A stretch of DNA of 64,000 nucleotides from an uncultured Planctomycetales bacterium (GTDB taxonomy: Bacteria; Omnitrophota; Gorgyraeia; Zapsychrales; Fredricksoniimonadaceae): assembly GCA_964583975.1 (NCBI GenBank), contig CAZOXU010000001.1, positions 163,552 to 227,551 of the forward strand, written 5' to 3'. The position numbers and the translations under genes are program-made. The notes under the pieces are model-generated. The model was given only the letters and a program-made list of their open reading frames with translations, was not told the origin of the DNA and made no database searches. This document shows positions 50,247-59,818 of this stretch, piece by piece; position 1 is the first letter of the stretch; every line of letters starts with the position of its first letter.

Positions 50247-51352
50247 ATTTTTTTCTTAAAAAAAGCACGACAGATTTGAATAGTCTGCTCGGCTTTGTCT
50301 TGGCTCATGAAAGAATGCAATGGCAGATGCAAAGCACAATCCCCATACCATTGACTGACAGGATATCGATCTTTCTTTAATCCTTTAAAAACCTTCATCT
50401 GGTGAAGAGGCAAATATGGCTTTTGGTACATCACCCCTTCTTGCGTTAAAAAATTAGCTAATTTGTCTCTATGCGAAGAACATATCACAAAATTCTGGGC
50501 TACACCCACTGTATCAGGCTGGTCTTTAAAGATTGTCAGGCTCTTAATAGAACCCAATTCCTTTTCATAAAGCGATTTGATCTTATGACGAGAATTGATG
50601 ATTTCTTTTAAGTGAGCAAATTTAACGCGTAAGGCAATCAGATCCAAAAAAGCCATCGGTGCAAATCGCTGCCCGAGCTTCAAAAGTTCTGCATCATCGC
50701 GCCAGTCTTCCATCCAATGACGGATGCGATTTCCTCCATCATGATTAAAAACTACCATCCCACCCCCACCCCCGCATGAAGATAATGGCTTATAGTAAGA
50801 AAATGAAAACACTGAAATATCTCCAAAGCTTCCTAACATGCGCCCCTTATAGCGCGAACTTTCTGCCTGGCATACATCTTCAATAAAGGCGATCTTCTTA
50901 GCTCGAGCCAGTTTGCTGATACGCTCAATATCACACGGACGACCAAACATATGGGCTGCAACGATGGCCTTGGTTTTCTTAGTAATGGCCTTCTCTAACA
51001 AAGCAGGATCTATTTGCAAATCATCCTTACTGGCATCCACAGGCACGGGTGTGGCCCCACAATAAAACACAGCTAAGGCAACTGCCTGGTAGGTCAAATT
51101 TGGCACAATGACTTCATCGCCAGCTCCTACGCCAGCGAGCAGCAAAGCCATTTTAAGCGCATCGCTGCCTGAGTTGACCGCTACAGCTTCTTTCACGCCA
51201 ATGTAACGAGCAAATGTTCGTTCAAATTCGCGAAGTGCAGGCTTAATATCATTAAGCCCTTTCATAGCCTTAAGAGCTGTTTGCATTTCCATAGCATACT
51301 CACGGCTTAAGGCCTGCTCAACTAAGAGACTTTCATATCTTATAGCTGCCAT
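50243..51352 (-). CDS. DegT/DnrJ/EryC1/StrS-family PLP-dependent aminotransferase
   Basis: VNSGSDALKMALLLAGVGAGDEVIVP and SFSYYKPL (lysine motif) are present. The likely start is MAAIRY at 51352. The ORF-track start at 51379 overlaps the upstream gene further. Confidence 0.65.
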   Translation of the reverse strand: MAAIRYESLLVEQALSREYAMEMQTALKAMKGLNDIKPALREFERTFARYIGVKEAVAVNSGSDALKMALLLAGVGAGDEVIVPNLTYQAVALAVFYCGATPVPVDASKDDLQIDPALLEKAITKKTKAIVAAHMFGRPCDIERISKLARAKKIAFIEDVCQAESSRYKGRMLGSFGDISVFSFSYYKPLSSCGGGGGMVVFNHDGGNRIRHWMEDWRDDAELLKLGQRFAPMAFLDLIALRVKFAHLKEIINSRHKIKSLYEKELGSIKSLTIFKDQPDTVGVAQNFVICSSHRDKLANFLTQEGVMYQKPYLPLHQMKVFKGLKKDRYPVSQWYGDCALHLPLHSFMSQDKAEQTIQICRAFFKKKI

Positions 51353-52364
51353 GCAACGCTCCCATGATCTTATGATCAATTTCCTCGATCTGCTTGCACA
51401 GATCGATGTAATTCATGACACGTGGTTCAAAACGACGTCCTGGTGGTGTTTGAACAGCTTGTAGGGCATTAAAATTGCTGATGCTGCGATAAGAGCAGCT
51501 CGGATGGTTGGTGACATATTCATGCAAGGCCTTAAAATATCGCACGCCCTGCGGCAGCAAATCACCGGATGAACTTTGAGAAAAATCCATCAGATACAAA
51601 TGTTCGCGCACCTCTTCTGGAAAAGATAGCAATAACCAATTGGCTAGGATCTTGCCGCTCGGCACAGACAATAAATCCCATGTACCGCGAGCCGCTTCAC
51701 TATATCCGCGACCGATCAACCCTTGCCGTCCCTCTTTTAATTCCCAGGCACAGGCCCTACGATACTGATCTAAGAAAATCTTGGCCGCCTCGCTATCCCA
51801 TACTTCAAGAAAGGCTGGATGCACTTCCAAAGACTTTAATCCCATCGAAGCTAATAATTTTACATTTTCAAAAAGTTTGGCAACACTCGATGGATGCACA
51901 ACCATGGTAGCCGTCATAGGTCCCTTGGCGTTAATAGCTAGGTTCACACCACGCAAAATATCTCTGTAATAGTATTCACCAATACCAGGACGATTGCGTT
52001 GGGTGGTAGCCTCATCGCCATCAATACCCACTTCCAAATTAACGTTATGCTGCACGAAGAAATTCATGAGGCTAGCATCAAGCAAGGTCGCATTGGTTTG
52101 TACGGAAATGTAGCGAGCTAGTTCCTGCTGGCGGATCACACTAATCATCTCTTTGAGCCTGTCTGCATCCATTAACGGCTCACCGCCTGAAAAAACAAAT
52201 TCCGCCGGAACAACTGGGCGGATGTATTTTAAAATATTTTCGAATGTCTTTAACTCAATGACCTGGCTCTGAGATCGGTATTTATAAAAACAATAGCCGC
52301 AGCCGAGATTGCAGCGGTCGGTAAAGAACAACCAGACATGGTTGATATTATTAAGCATGGCCAA
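51333..52364 (-). CDS. Radical SAM enzyme, anSME-like N-terminal core, paralog 1 (no SPASM Cys array)
   Basis: FFTDRCNLGCGYCFY and FSGGEPLM are present. It is a paralog of the 52351..53454 product. Confidence 0.6.
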   Translation of the reverse strand: MAMLNNINHVWLFFTDRCNLGCGYCFYKYRSQSQVIELKTFENILKYIRPVVPAEFVFSGGEPLMDADRLKEMISVIRQQELARYISVQTNATLLDASLMNFFVQHNVNLEVGIDGDEATTQRNRPGIGEYYYRDILRGVNLAINAKGPMTATMVVHPSSVAKLFENVKLLASMGLKSLEVHPAFLEVWDSEAAKIFLDQYRRACAWELKEGRQGLIGRGYSEAARGTWDLLSVPSGKILANWLLLSFPEEVREHLYLMDFSQSSSGDLLPQGVRYFKALHEYVTNHPSCSYRSISNFNALQAVQTPPGRRFEPRVMNYIDLCKQIEEIDHKIMGALHGSYKI

Positions 52365-53454
52365 ATCTCTTTAATTTAAGTTTCAAGTGCGTACGTGTTA
52401 AAAATCGCATAATGTCATTAATGGCCCAGGTATTCATATATTGGCGGCCCATCATTGTGTTCATTAATTCAAAGTTGTGACAAACATGTTCACGATACGG
52501 CAGGCGCTTGTGTTGCTGATGCATTTGTTCATAAGCTTCGGTGTAAATCGCCATGATCTCAGGTCGAAACTCGCCGGTTGTCGCATCCCACAGATTAAAC
52601 TCAATGCGTTTTTCTTCAGGCAGACACAGAAAAGGATCGCCTCCGAATAAATACCCGGGTGGATGCAGGCTTAAATCCATGACTCCGGGCTCAATCCACT
52701 CGACATCTTCATTCACATACATCCCATGGCGAAGCTCAGGACGGCGAGCTAGGCTCAAATAGTTTTGTTTAAAAAGCGCGACCGTTTCAGGGGTCCAAGG
52801 CATGAAAGCTGCTGGCGTGATATCAATATGCGGGATTCCTAGCTTCACTAAGAAATCCAAACCTTTTTCCATATGTTGCACTTCGTGCGGATGCACCGTC
52901 ATGGTTGAGCCGCACGAGATGCCTGCAGCCACACATTTTTGGATGGTATCAGTTAATTTCTTAAACGAAGCTGGTTTTAATCCGCAACGATGCTCGGCCG
53001 TTGTTTCAAAAGCCCCATCAATACCAAACTCAAGGCTGACTTTTAATCGACGTAACTCTTCAATTGAGGCATCATCAATCAATAAACCATTGGTTTGAAT
53101 ATGCAGTGAGGTGTTCTTGAAACGATGGTGGGCTTCATTAAGGATCTTAAAAAGATTCTCTTTGGCTAGAAAGGCTTCCCCACCGCTAAAGATCAGGGTT
53201 GAAGGAGCTGTTTGTTCTCTTTCAAACAATAAAAAAAGCTGTTCGACAGCAGCCATGGAGATTTCCCGACCGTGCATGTGTCTAAAGAAACAATAGTCGC
53301 AATGCAAATTGCAACGCTCGGTCACATAAATCCAGGTGTAATGGACCTTAAATTTCTTATGCGTCTTTTCTTGAATCAATGAAGTAACGGATTTTTCCAT
53401 TAGTGGTCCTTGGAATGCTTCCTTGATGCGTTCTGACATCGATGCAGCGGTCAA
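52351..53454 (-). CDS. Radical SAM enzyme, anSME-like N-terminal core, paralog 2
   Basis: YVTERCNLHCDYCFF and FSGGEAFL are present. The ORF-track N-terminus overlaps the upstream gene, so the true start is probably an internal Met (e.g. MEKSV..). Confidence 0.6.
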   Translation of the reverse strand: MTAASMSERIKEAFQGPLMEKSVTSLIQEKTHKKFKVHYTWIYVTERCNLHCDYCFFRHMHGREISMAAVEQLFLLFEREQTAPSTLIFSGGEAFLAKENLFKILNEAHHRFKNTSLHIQTNGLLIDDASIEELRRLKVSLEFGIDGAFETTAEHRCGLKPASFKKLTDTIQKCVAAGISCGSTMTVHPHEVQHMEKGLDFLVKLGIPHIDITPAAFMPWTPETVALFKQNYLSLARRPELRHGMYVNEDVEWIEPGVMDLSLHPPGYLFGGDPFLCLPEEKRIEFNLWDATTGEFRPEIMAIYTEAYEQMHQQHKRLPYREHVCHNFELMNTMMGRQYMNTWAINDIMRFLTRTHLKLKLKRFGHA

Positions 53455-54523
53455 TGCCGGTGGCCTTCACGATAGCCTGTATTAAGGCTGCAGCTGCTCG
53501 AGGCTTTTTATCGACTAGATTTACTATAAGTTTATCATAATATTTCAACGGATGCTTGTCTAACACGAAGAAGAACCGTGGGTGGCCCAGGGAATCATTG
53601 ACCGCCCGAATCAGCTCTTGTTTCAACACCACAACCCCGTTGATGAGAAGGCTGTCCTCGGTTCTACTTAAAACCTTAATGCCCAATGCTCCTCGGTGGC
53701 GAATCAACTCAACGCGATCTCCCAGGCGATAACGGATAAAAGGCATGCTGGTGTTATTCAAATCGGTCACCAGAAGATCGCCCGAGCCACTCTGGCTAGT
53801 CTCGCCCGAGGCGCTTAGCACCTCTAACAATAAATCATCAGCCACAACTCTCATGTACTGGTCAGCAGGTTTAAGCGCCACTGCTAATCCTGAGATTTCC
53901 ATAGCTCCGTAATGATCGTGGATATGAACGCCTCCCATCTTTTCAATACGCTGGCGGTATTGCGGCCACAGCGGCTCGCCATTGACCAAACAACGCTTAA
54001 TCGAATGGTTTTTTCTCAATAGAGCAAAAATATCAAAAAGCTGATTAGTGTAAGCATTGATCATGGTGGGCTTCAAAGCCTTGATCAAACCAATGGCTTC
54101 TTTAAGTCGTTCAGGAGTACTTGTGGAACCTAAAGGAATAACTCCACAGCCTGCCGCTTTAAAACCAGCTTCCATCAAACGGCCACCGCTATTAAGTTCA
54201 TACGAACACAGATTCAGGCACAGCATACCCTTTTTAACACCCACCAGTCGATAGAGTTTAACCAACCGAGCCAGATGTGCTGCGTAGGCTGGCTCGCTAT
54301 GGGCAATCATCATGCGTGAAGACGATGATCCTGAAGTAGCTGCCAAATTAAAAGCATTACTTATCAGGCCTGACTCGGCAAATCGCTTCATTTCACTTCT
54401 GCCAGTAATTGGCAATTGTTTAAAATCCTCCCAAGAACGTATCTGCTTTCGATAATAACGGTCTTTCTTAGCAAAGACCGATACTAATTGGGCCGCTTGC
54501 TTTAAATTTTTAGCATTAAACAT
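53357..54523 (-). CDS. Adenylate-forming enzyme, PaaK / coenzyme F390 synthetase / CapK-like
   Basis: TSGSSSSRMMIAH resembles the P-loop-like (S/T)SG(S/T)(S/T)G motif of the PaaK-family ANL superfamily. The ~390-aa size fits. This is a tentative call. Confidence 0.4.
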   Translation of the reverse strand: MFNAKNLKQAAQLVSVFAKKDRYYRKQIRSWEDFKQLPITGRSEMKRFAESGLISNAFNLAATSGSSSSRMMIAHSEPAYAAHLARLVKLYRLVGVKKGMLCLNLCSYELNSGGRLMEAGFKAAGCGVIPLGSTSTPERLKEAIGLIKALKPTMINAYTNQLFDIFALLRKNHSIKRCLVNGEPLWPQYRQRIEKMGGVHIHDHYGAMEISGLAVALKPADQYMRVVADDLLLEVLSASGETSQSGSGDLLVTDLNNTSMPFIRYRLGDRVELIRHRGALGIKVLSRTEDSLLINGVVVLKQELIRAVNDSLGHPRFFFVLDKHPLKYYDKLIVNLVDKKPRAAAALIQAIVKATGIDRCIDVRTHQGSIPRTTNGKIRYFIDSRKDA

Positions 54524-54526
54524 AGG

Positions 54527-55960
54527 TTATAAGGTTACCTCGGCTAATAATTCTTTGGAAATTGCAGGTTCATGGCTCTTGTCTGGCTCGCTAGAGTATA
54601 TCATTTTATAAAAATGAATCTTCGAATACCTGCTTAAGTCCATACCATCCCTCTGCATCAGAATGATCAAGGTCTTTAATCGTTCGTTTTTTTGACTTCC
54701 CTCTGGCATGGCCAGAATACCATTGATCATACTGGTAAATCGAAAAGCTTCCATCTGTTGCTTTAAGACCTTAAAACTGATCAACTCTTCCTGATCACCC
54801 TTAACACCGTAGGCTTCGATGGTAGCTACTCTTGCCTCGGTGATTCGATTAGCAAATGTTGGATAACATGCAAAAGGCCAGCCCGCTATTGTTTCTTTAA
54901 ACCCAAAAAAGCAATTAACCATCAACAAGACTGATCCAACGCCTATGATAATTTTCTGGTCTAAAGCAGATTTCTTAGATGGATTATAATTCATTTTCTC
55001 GGGATTGCTTTTGCTTATCCTAGCTAACAAACCATCCCAATTAATAAAGGCAACATAACAAATTAGCAGATTAAAAAAACTGATCTTCATAAACACATAA
55101 ATCATTGTATGAAAAAATAAACCTGCAGTGACAGCTATTGGTCGTAATGTGGGGAAAAATATAAACACCACAAAGAACAACTCAAAGATAATAATTCCTA
55201 AACTAGCCGCCTTATATAACACAGGATATTGGTCTAAACGAAAGAATGGCAGCCACCCATCGAGCTCAAACCATTTGGCATATAGATGATATTTTAAATT
55301 ATCGGACCAAGCCCAATCCGCCGATACAGCCAATTTCCAAAAACCCGGAAAGAAATAAATCATTGCTATCAAAAGCCAGATAAAACGTAACGGCAAGGCA
55401 TATTCAACCGAATTGGGAATTCTGCTCATCATTCTCTTCCGGGCTTGCCATAATGAGTCTATGGACAACACATCGGCACAACGTGAAGCGCTTAAGATCA
55501 ACATAAACCATATCAAATGATGGTTATGATCGACCTTGCCATAACATTGGCTGATGCCCATCACATAAATGCCACTGATAGCAGCGATAAAACAGGTCCA
55601 GCGGGCAAAGCATCCAAACATGGCCAAAATACAAGCAACTGTAAACACAAATAGGCTCTTCTCAACCAATGCAGGATTGATGGGAACAATGGATAACAAG
55701 GTGTTCATCCCTATCGGAACCACTCTCATCTCAGACGGTAATTGGCTAAATCCAATGCTTGTGGCCCATAAGCCCTGTAATTGTGTGAGAATGAAAAGAA
55801 ATAGGATGATACGAAATATGGCAAGGTTAAAAGGCGAGCCTTTCTCTGAGAAGAAATTCTTAACGACTGATTTTATCCGAGGCAGCAGACGCCATGGATC
55901 GCCATTCAATATGTATAAGAATAGGAAGAAAAAGAATACAAAAAATACGGTGAATTTCAT
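54527..55960 (-). CDS. HTTM-domain (vitamin K-dependent gamma-carboxylase-like) polytopic membrane protein
   Basis: N-terminal ..SPFNLAIFRIILFLFILTQL.. matches the HTTM L-x-x-F-R-I motif. The ~477-aa product has many TM helices. Confidence 0.4.
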   Translation of the reverse strand: MKFTVFFVFFFFLFLYILNGDPWRLLPRIKSVVKNFFSEKGSPFNLAIFRIILFLFILTQLQGLWATSIGFSQLPSEMRVVPIGMNTLLSIVPINPALVEKSLFVFTVACILAMFGCFARWTCFIAAISGIYVMGISQCYGKVDHNHHLIWFMLILSASRCADVLSIDSLWQARKRMMSRIPNSVEYALPLRFIWLLIAMIYFFPGFWKLAVSADWAWSDNLKYHLYAKWFELDGWLPFFRLDQYPVLYKAASLGIIIFELFFVVFIFFPTLRPIAVTAGLFFHTMIYVFMKISFFNLLICYVAFINWDGLLARISKSNPEKMNYNPSKKSALDQKIIIGVGSVLLMVNCFFGFKETIAGWPFACYPTFANRITEARVATIEAYGVKGDQEELISFKVLKQQMEAFRFTSMINGILAMPEGSQKNERLKTLIILMQRDGMDLSRYSKIHFYKMIYSSEPDKSHEPAISKELLAEVTL

Positions 55961-56835
55961 TACGCTCCGGCTGCTTTGGCTTTCTTTAAAATAAATTCCA
56001 GGGCTGGCACCTTGACTCGCAATTTGTGCGCCTGTTTGACCAGCGCTCCTGTTATAAAATCAAGTTCTGTCTTTCGATGCGCAAAGGCATCATCAGCAAT
56101 AGATCCCCGATGACGAATACCAGCTAAATCTCCCGTACGTACTCTAGAGATTAATTGCAGCGGATCAAAGGCAAGCCGTATCTTTAAGGCGCGAGCCACA
56201 CTACGGCCTTCTGCTGCTGCCTGGCGTACCAATCGCCAAATTTCTGGGTCCTTCGCTAAAACATCATATCCACCTGATGTGATGACTGGCAGAGGATTCA
56301 TCACTGCACTGAAAATCAATTTAGCCCAAACGATACTTTGTGGATTAGAGACCACTGATGTGTTTAAACCTGCCTCGGTAAAAAGCTGTCGAAACCACAT
56401 CGCAGCCTGAGAATCCTTCCCCTGATGAGGACTAACGAAGAATTCGCCCTGGTAATAAAACAAGGGTTTTCCACCAGGGATACCGATCGCTGATGTTGTC
56501 ACCCCACGGACAAAGGAAGTTGTGGGAAATAGGCGTTCTATGGAAGAGAGATTCAGGATTCCGTTTTGCAGAAAGAGAATTCTTTGAGCAGTGATTGTAT
56601 TTTTTAAAGGTATTAATGACGACTCAAGATCGTAACATTTGGTGGAAACAATCAAACCATCAAAGGATTTCCCCTTTAAGGCTTTAGCATTCGTAACGAT
56701 ATGACGTCGATTTTTAACACGGGCTGAAGGATCTAAACCTACAACGTTGGTAAATTGCTCGAGACGTTCAATTAAAATTCCACCTAAAGCCCCACAACCG
56801 ACAACAAGGATACGTCGCTTTGCCACCTTGCTCAC
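55960..56835 (-). CDS. NAD(P)-binding oxidoreductase, 2-dehydropantoate 2-reductase (ApbA/PanE/KPR)-like
   Basis: RILVVGCGALGGILIERL is a GxGxxG Rossmann motif. The ~290-aa size and C-terminal helical domain are consistent with the KPR family. Confidence 0.45.
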   Translation of the reverse strand: MSKVAKRRILVVGCGALGGILIERLEQFTNVVGLDPSARVKNRRHIVTNAKALKGKSFDGLIVSTKCYDLESSLIPLKNTITAQRILFLQNGILNLSSIERLFPTTSFVRGVTTSAIGIPGGKPLFYYQGEFFVSPHQGKDSQAAMWFRQLFTEAGLNTSVVSNPQSIVWAKLIFSAVMNPLPVITSGGYDVLAKDPEIWRLVRQAAAEGRSVARALKIRLAFDPLQLISRVRTGDLAGIRHRGSIADDAFAHRKTELDFITGALVKQAHKLRVKVPALEFILKKAKAAGA

Positions 56836-58016
56836 ACAAGCTCCTTCTCATTGTAAAAAATAATGCCTTCATCCTCAAAAAATGATTTTGGAGTATACCA
56901 GCCTTCCTTCAAACCTTTGCGATAAAAGGCTGTGCCAGGCAATATCACTAAGCGATTGGTTGTCACCGCAACCTCTGACCCTAATTCTTCTAAAACTGAT
57001 AAGGTCATTTTCTTATCAAGATCTGTTTCACCAGGATTTCCCACTGTAATTAACACTTCCACCCTTAAACCCGCTTCTTGAGACCAGCGCACCGCATCGA
57101 GGATTTCCTGACGGCTATAAACCTTACCAATTCTCCGTAAAACTTCGGGCGAAGCTGACTCGACTCCAAAATAAATCTCCCGGCAATGAGAACGTCCCAT
57201 CAGTAAAAGTGTTTTCTGGCTTACTGAGTTAATACAGGCGGAACAACTCCAATAAAACTCACCCTTAATTTTTCGTAAACCTTCGCATAAGGCGGCCAGA
57301 CGCTTATGATCAGCGGCAATGTCTTCATCAAGGAACTGGATGTTTTTGACCTTATGGACTTCCACAAGCTCACGGATTTCTTGCAAAACATTTTCAACGC
57401 TTCGATTACGAACCTTACCTCCCCACAGTACATTGCGATCACAATACACACAATGATACTGGCATCCGCGGGCAGTCATAATAAAGGCTGGCTGAAATCC
57501 CTGCTTATGAAAATAAGGGCTGATAAAAGGAATTTGATCTAAATCATGGTTGGAATGTTTTGGCGTATGAATGACCTTGCCATCTTCGAGAAAAGATATG
57601 TTTGGAATCTTCTTCCAAGAGGCAGTCTCTTGAGGCGCTTGCAATATGGCTGGGATCACAAATTCTGGATCATGCGATACAACAATATCAGCCAATCCCC
57701 GAGTCAGCATTTCTTCAGGAAATGAAGAGGCGAAAGATCCGAAAGCAATAATCAACTGTGGGGATTTCTTAGCAGCGCGGGCCTTTTCTATGTGACGAAA
57801 GGCATTGATCTTATTGCCAAAGAAAACCGCATAACAACAAATATCAGCCTGCCCTTCCTTAGGGGTTTGGCCTTTCATATCTGACATGAAATCAATATAT
57901 CTAGCCTCAAACCCTTTATTCTGTAGGGCTAGAAATACTCCCCCAGCCGTATAACTAACCAATAAAGGCCCACAGCACGGCGGGCGGCTATTAGCTTCTA
58001 TAATCACGTCAATCAA
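56832..58016 (-). CDS. Radical SAM enzyme with an N-terminal B12-binding-like domain (class B, cobalamin-dependent type)
   Basis: RGCQYHCVYCD (CxxxCxxC) sits in the middle of the protein. The N-terminal ~150 aa are Rossmann-like with a CCGP segment. Confidence 0.5.
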   Translation of the reverse strand: MIDVIIEANSRPPCCGPLLVSYTAGGVFLALQNKGFEARYIDFMSDMKGQTPKEGQADICCYAVFFGNKINAFRHIEKARAAKKSPQLIIAFGSFASSFPEEMLTRGLADIVVSHDPEFVIPAILQAPQETASWKKIPNISFLEDGKVIHTPKHSNHDLDQIPFISPYFHKQGFQPAFIMTARGCQYHCVYCDRNVLWGGKVRNRSVENVLQEIRELVEVHKVKNIQFLDEDIAADHKRLAALCEGLRKIKGEFYWSCSACINSVSQKTLLLMGRSHCREIYFGVESASPEVLRRIGKVYSRQEILDAVRWSQEAGLRVEVLITVGNPGETDLDKKMTLSVLEELGSEVAVTTNRLVILPGTAFYRKGLKEGWYTPKSFFEDEGIIFYNEKELV

Positions 58017-58888
58017 GATGCGCTCCTTTGGCTTCTTCTCGCATTGAAATTAAAATAAAATTGCATCTTCTGCTTGGGATTCCACTGCATACTTAAGTAC
58101 TCTAATTTTAAATCATGAAAAATTTGATAAAAATCAGCTATAAACCGTGCCACGTTTTGTCGCGGATCAAATATCTTTAACAAAGTGACAAACTTCCTGG
58201 TCTGATAACGCATGTCTGCTCTTAAAGAACGACCCTTCGGTGAATATTTCACACAAATAAGGAATTTCTCTGAAAGAAGTCCTTTTTGACGTAATAGATC
58301 ATATTTTAACATTTCCCCTCGAGCGAACTCTCCAGAGAATTTCTCAAACAATTCTTCTAAATTAAATAGGCCAAAATAAACCTTAATCGTGGCCTGACCC
58401 TCATGGTCCCAATCGATCCCTGAAAACTCTATTCGTTTAAACAGGCTTTGATCTTTTTTGAATGCAGCCTGTGGGATATTTAGAAGCGTGAATGATTTCG
58501 CAATATGCTCGACCTTTTGGGCTTGCAACTGCTGACGTCCATAAAAGTTATAAATCTTGATGCGACCAACGCCTTTACCCGATGGATAATCCGCTAAGCC
58601 AATCCCAAAACATTTTTCTGTTGTATTTGTATAAAGCAAATCCTCAATCAGTGGTATTTTTCGGCGGCACGCAGCGAACCATTTTAAAACATCTTGCCTG
58701 CCAAGCCCTTCAATCGATAATCTCATACGATCTAATCTAAGACCATCGACCACTTCACAGGAAATTTCAAATTTCTCATCGGGTATTTCAAGTTTTTCGT
58801 AGGCCCGCAAGTATTGGGCAAATTCTCCAGAACTGTCGCAACTCAATGCGTCAAAGAACTTTGTTCTGAAATCTTTAGGAATTTTCAC
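58013..58888 (-). CDS. Hypothetical protein (cluster-specific, unknown fold)
   Basis: The 291-aa product has no motif assigned. It sits between two radical SAM genes with 4-nt and 15-nt spacing. Confidence 0.3.
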   Translation of the reverse strand: MKIPKDFRTKFFDALSCDSSGEFAQYLRAYEKLEIPDEKFEISCEVVDGLRLDRMRLSIEGLGRQDVLKWFAACRRKIPLIEDLLYTNTTEKCFGIGLADYPSGKGVGRIKIYNFYGRQQLQAQKVEHIAKSFTLLNIPQAAFKKDQSLFKRIEFSGIDWDHEGQATIKVYFGLFNLEELFEKFSGEFARGEMLKYDLLRQKGLLSEKFLICVKYSPKGRSLRADMRYQTRKFVTLLKIFDPRQNVARFIADFYQIFHDLKLEYLSMQWNPKQKMQFYFNFNARRSQRSAS

Positions 58889-58903
58889 AGTGACCTATAA
58901 ATT

Positions 58904-59800
58904 TTAGACAGCAGTGCTGGCCTGTCGTGATATCCAACTATTGGAAGACATCGTATCTCTATACATTTTAGGCAGCCCTATGCAGTCAGTCCCTTTACAA
59001 CAGGCATAACTTTGATACTCACAAGCCTCAAATCTTTGATCAACAAACTTATCAATGATGCCAAAAGTAATGGGCTGTCTATTATCATGGTATTTCTTAT
59101 AAGGTTCATCTAAAAGACAGGCGGGGAAAAATTTAACACAGATCCTCCTATTGTGACTCAGAAGATATTTGATTGTCTTATTAAGATAGGGTCCGGTTAA
59201 TTCATAAGGCAATAATAATTCGGGTGCCTGCACAGTCATAGGCACGTATCCCCAAAAATGCATTCCCAGGATATTATCAAACCCTTGAAGAAATTCTCCA
59301 ATTTCTGGCAATACCTTGTAATTTTGCGAACTCATGACCGTATTAGTAAATACCGTCAGATCTAGTTCCCTAAGATTTTCCAAAGCTTTGACTGTTTGAG
59401 CATGAGCTCCAACTCGACCAGTGATCTTGTCAGAAAGATCATAATCAGCGCTATGGAAAGAAACAAAATAATGATTAATGCCGGCATTTTTAAGTTGTTG
59501 GGCTTTTTCGATTTTAGATAAGGCCCTGGCATTGGTTTGAATCATAATATTCTTAAATCCCTTGTCCCGGGCTACAGCAGCATATTCGGGCAATTCCTCA
59601 TTGATCGTCACTTCCCCGCCAGAAAAAACAACACCCGAATATTTACCCTTAGGGATCAGGTCTAAGGATTTCTTAAAAAGAGGCAACGACACTTTGCGCA
59701 AATCTACGAGCTGTTCTTCGCTGCCTTCAATAAAACAGATCCCGCATTTGCTATTACATTTGTGTTCAATGACAAACACTAGATATTCATCTAAGTTCAT
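58904..59800 (-). CDS. Radical SAM enzyme with a C-terminal Cys-rich (twitch/SPASM-like) segment
   Basis: HKCNSKCGICF and FSGGEVTI are present. The C-terminal segment is CEYQSYACCKGTDCIG. Confidence 0.6.
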   Translation of the reverse strand: MNLDEYLVFVIEHKCNSKCGICFIEGSEEQLVDLRKVSLPLFKKSLDLIPKGKYSGVVFSGGEVTINEELPEYAAVARDKGFKNIMIQTNARALSKIEKAQQLKNAGINHYFVSFHSADYDLSDKITGRVGAHAQTVKALENLRELDLTVFTNTVMSSQNYKVLPEIGEFLQGFDNILGMHFWGYVPMTVQAPELLLPYELTGPYLNKTIKYLLSHNRRICVKFFPACLLDEPYKKYHDNRQPITFGIIDKFVDQRFEACEYQSYACCKGTDCIGLPKMYRDTMSSNSWISRQASTAV

Positions 59801-59818
59801 CTCATACCCTTCCTGAGC

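Noticed and set aside
53357-53454. 98-nt overlap between the PaaK-like gene end and the ORF-track start of radical SAM 52351..53454
   Set aside because: It is most likely an over-extended ORF-track N-terminus. An internal Met (MSERIK.. or MEKSV..) is the probable start. It is not interpreted as programmed overlap.
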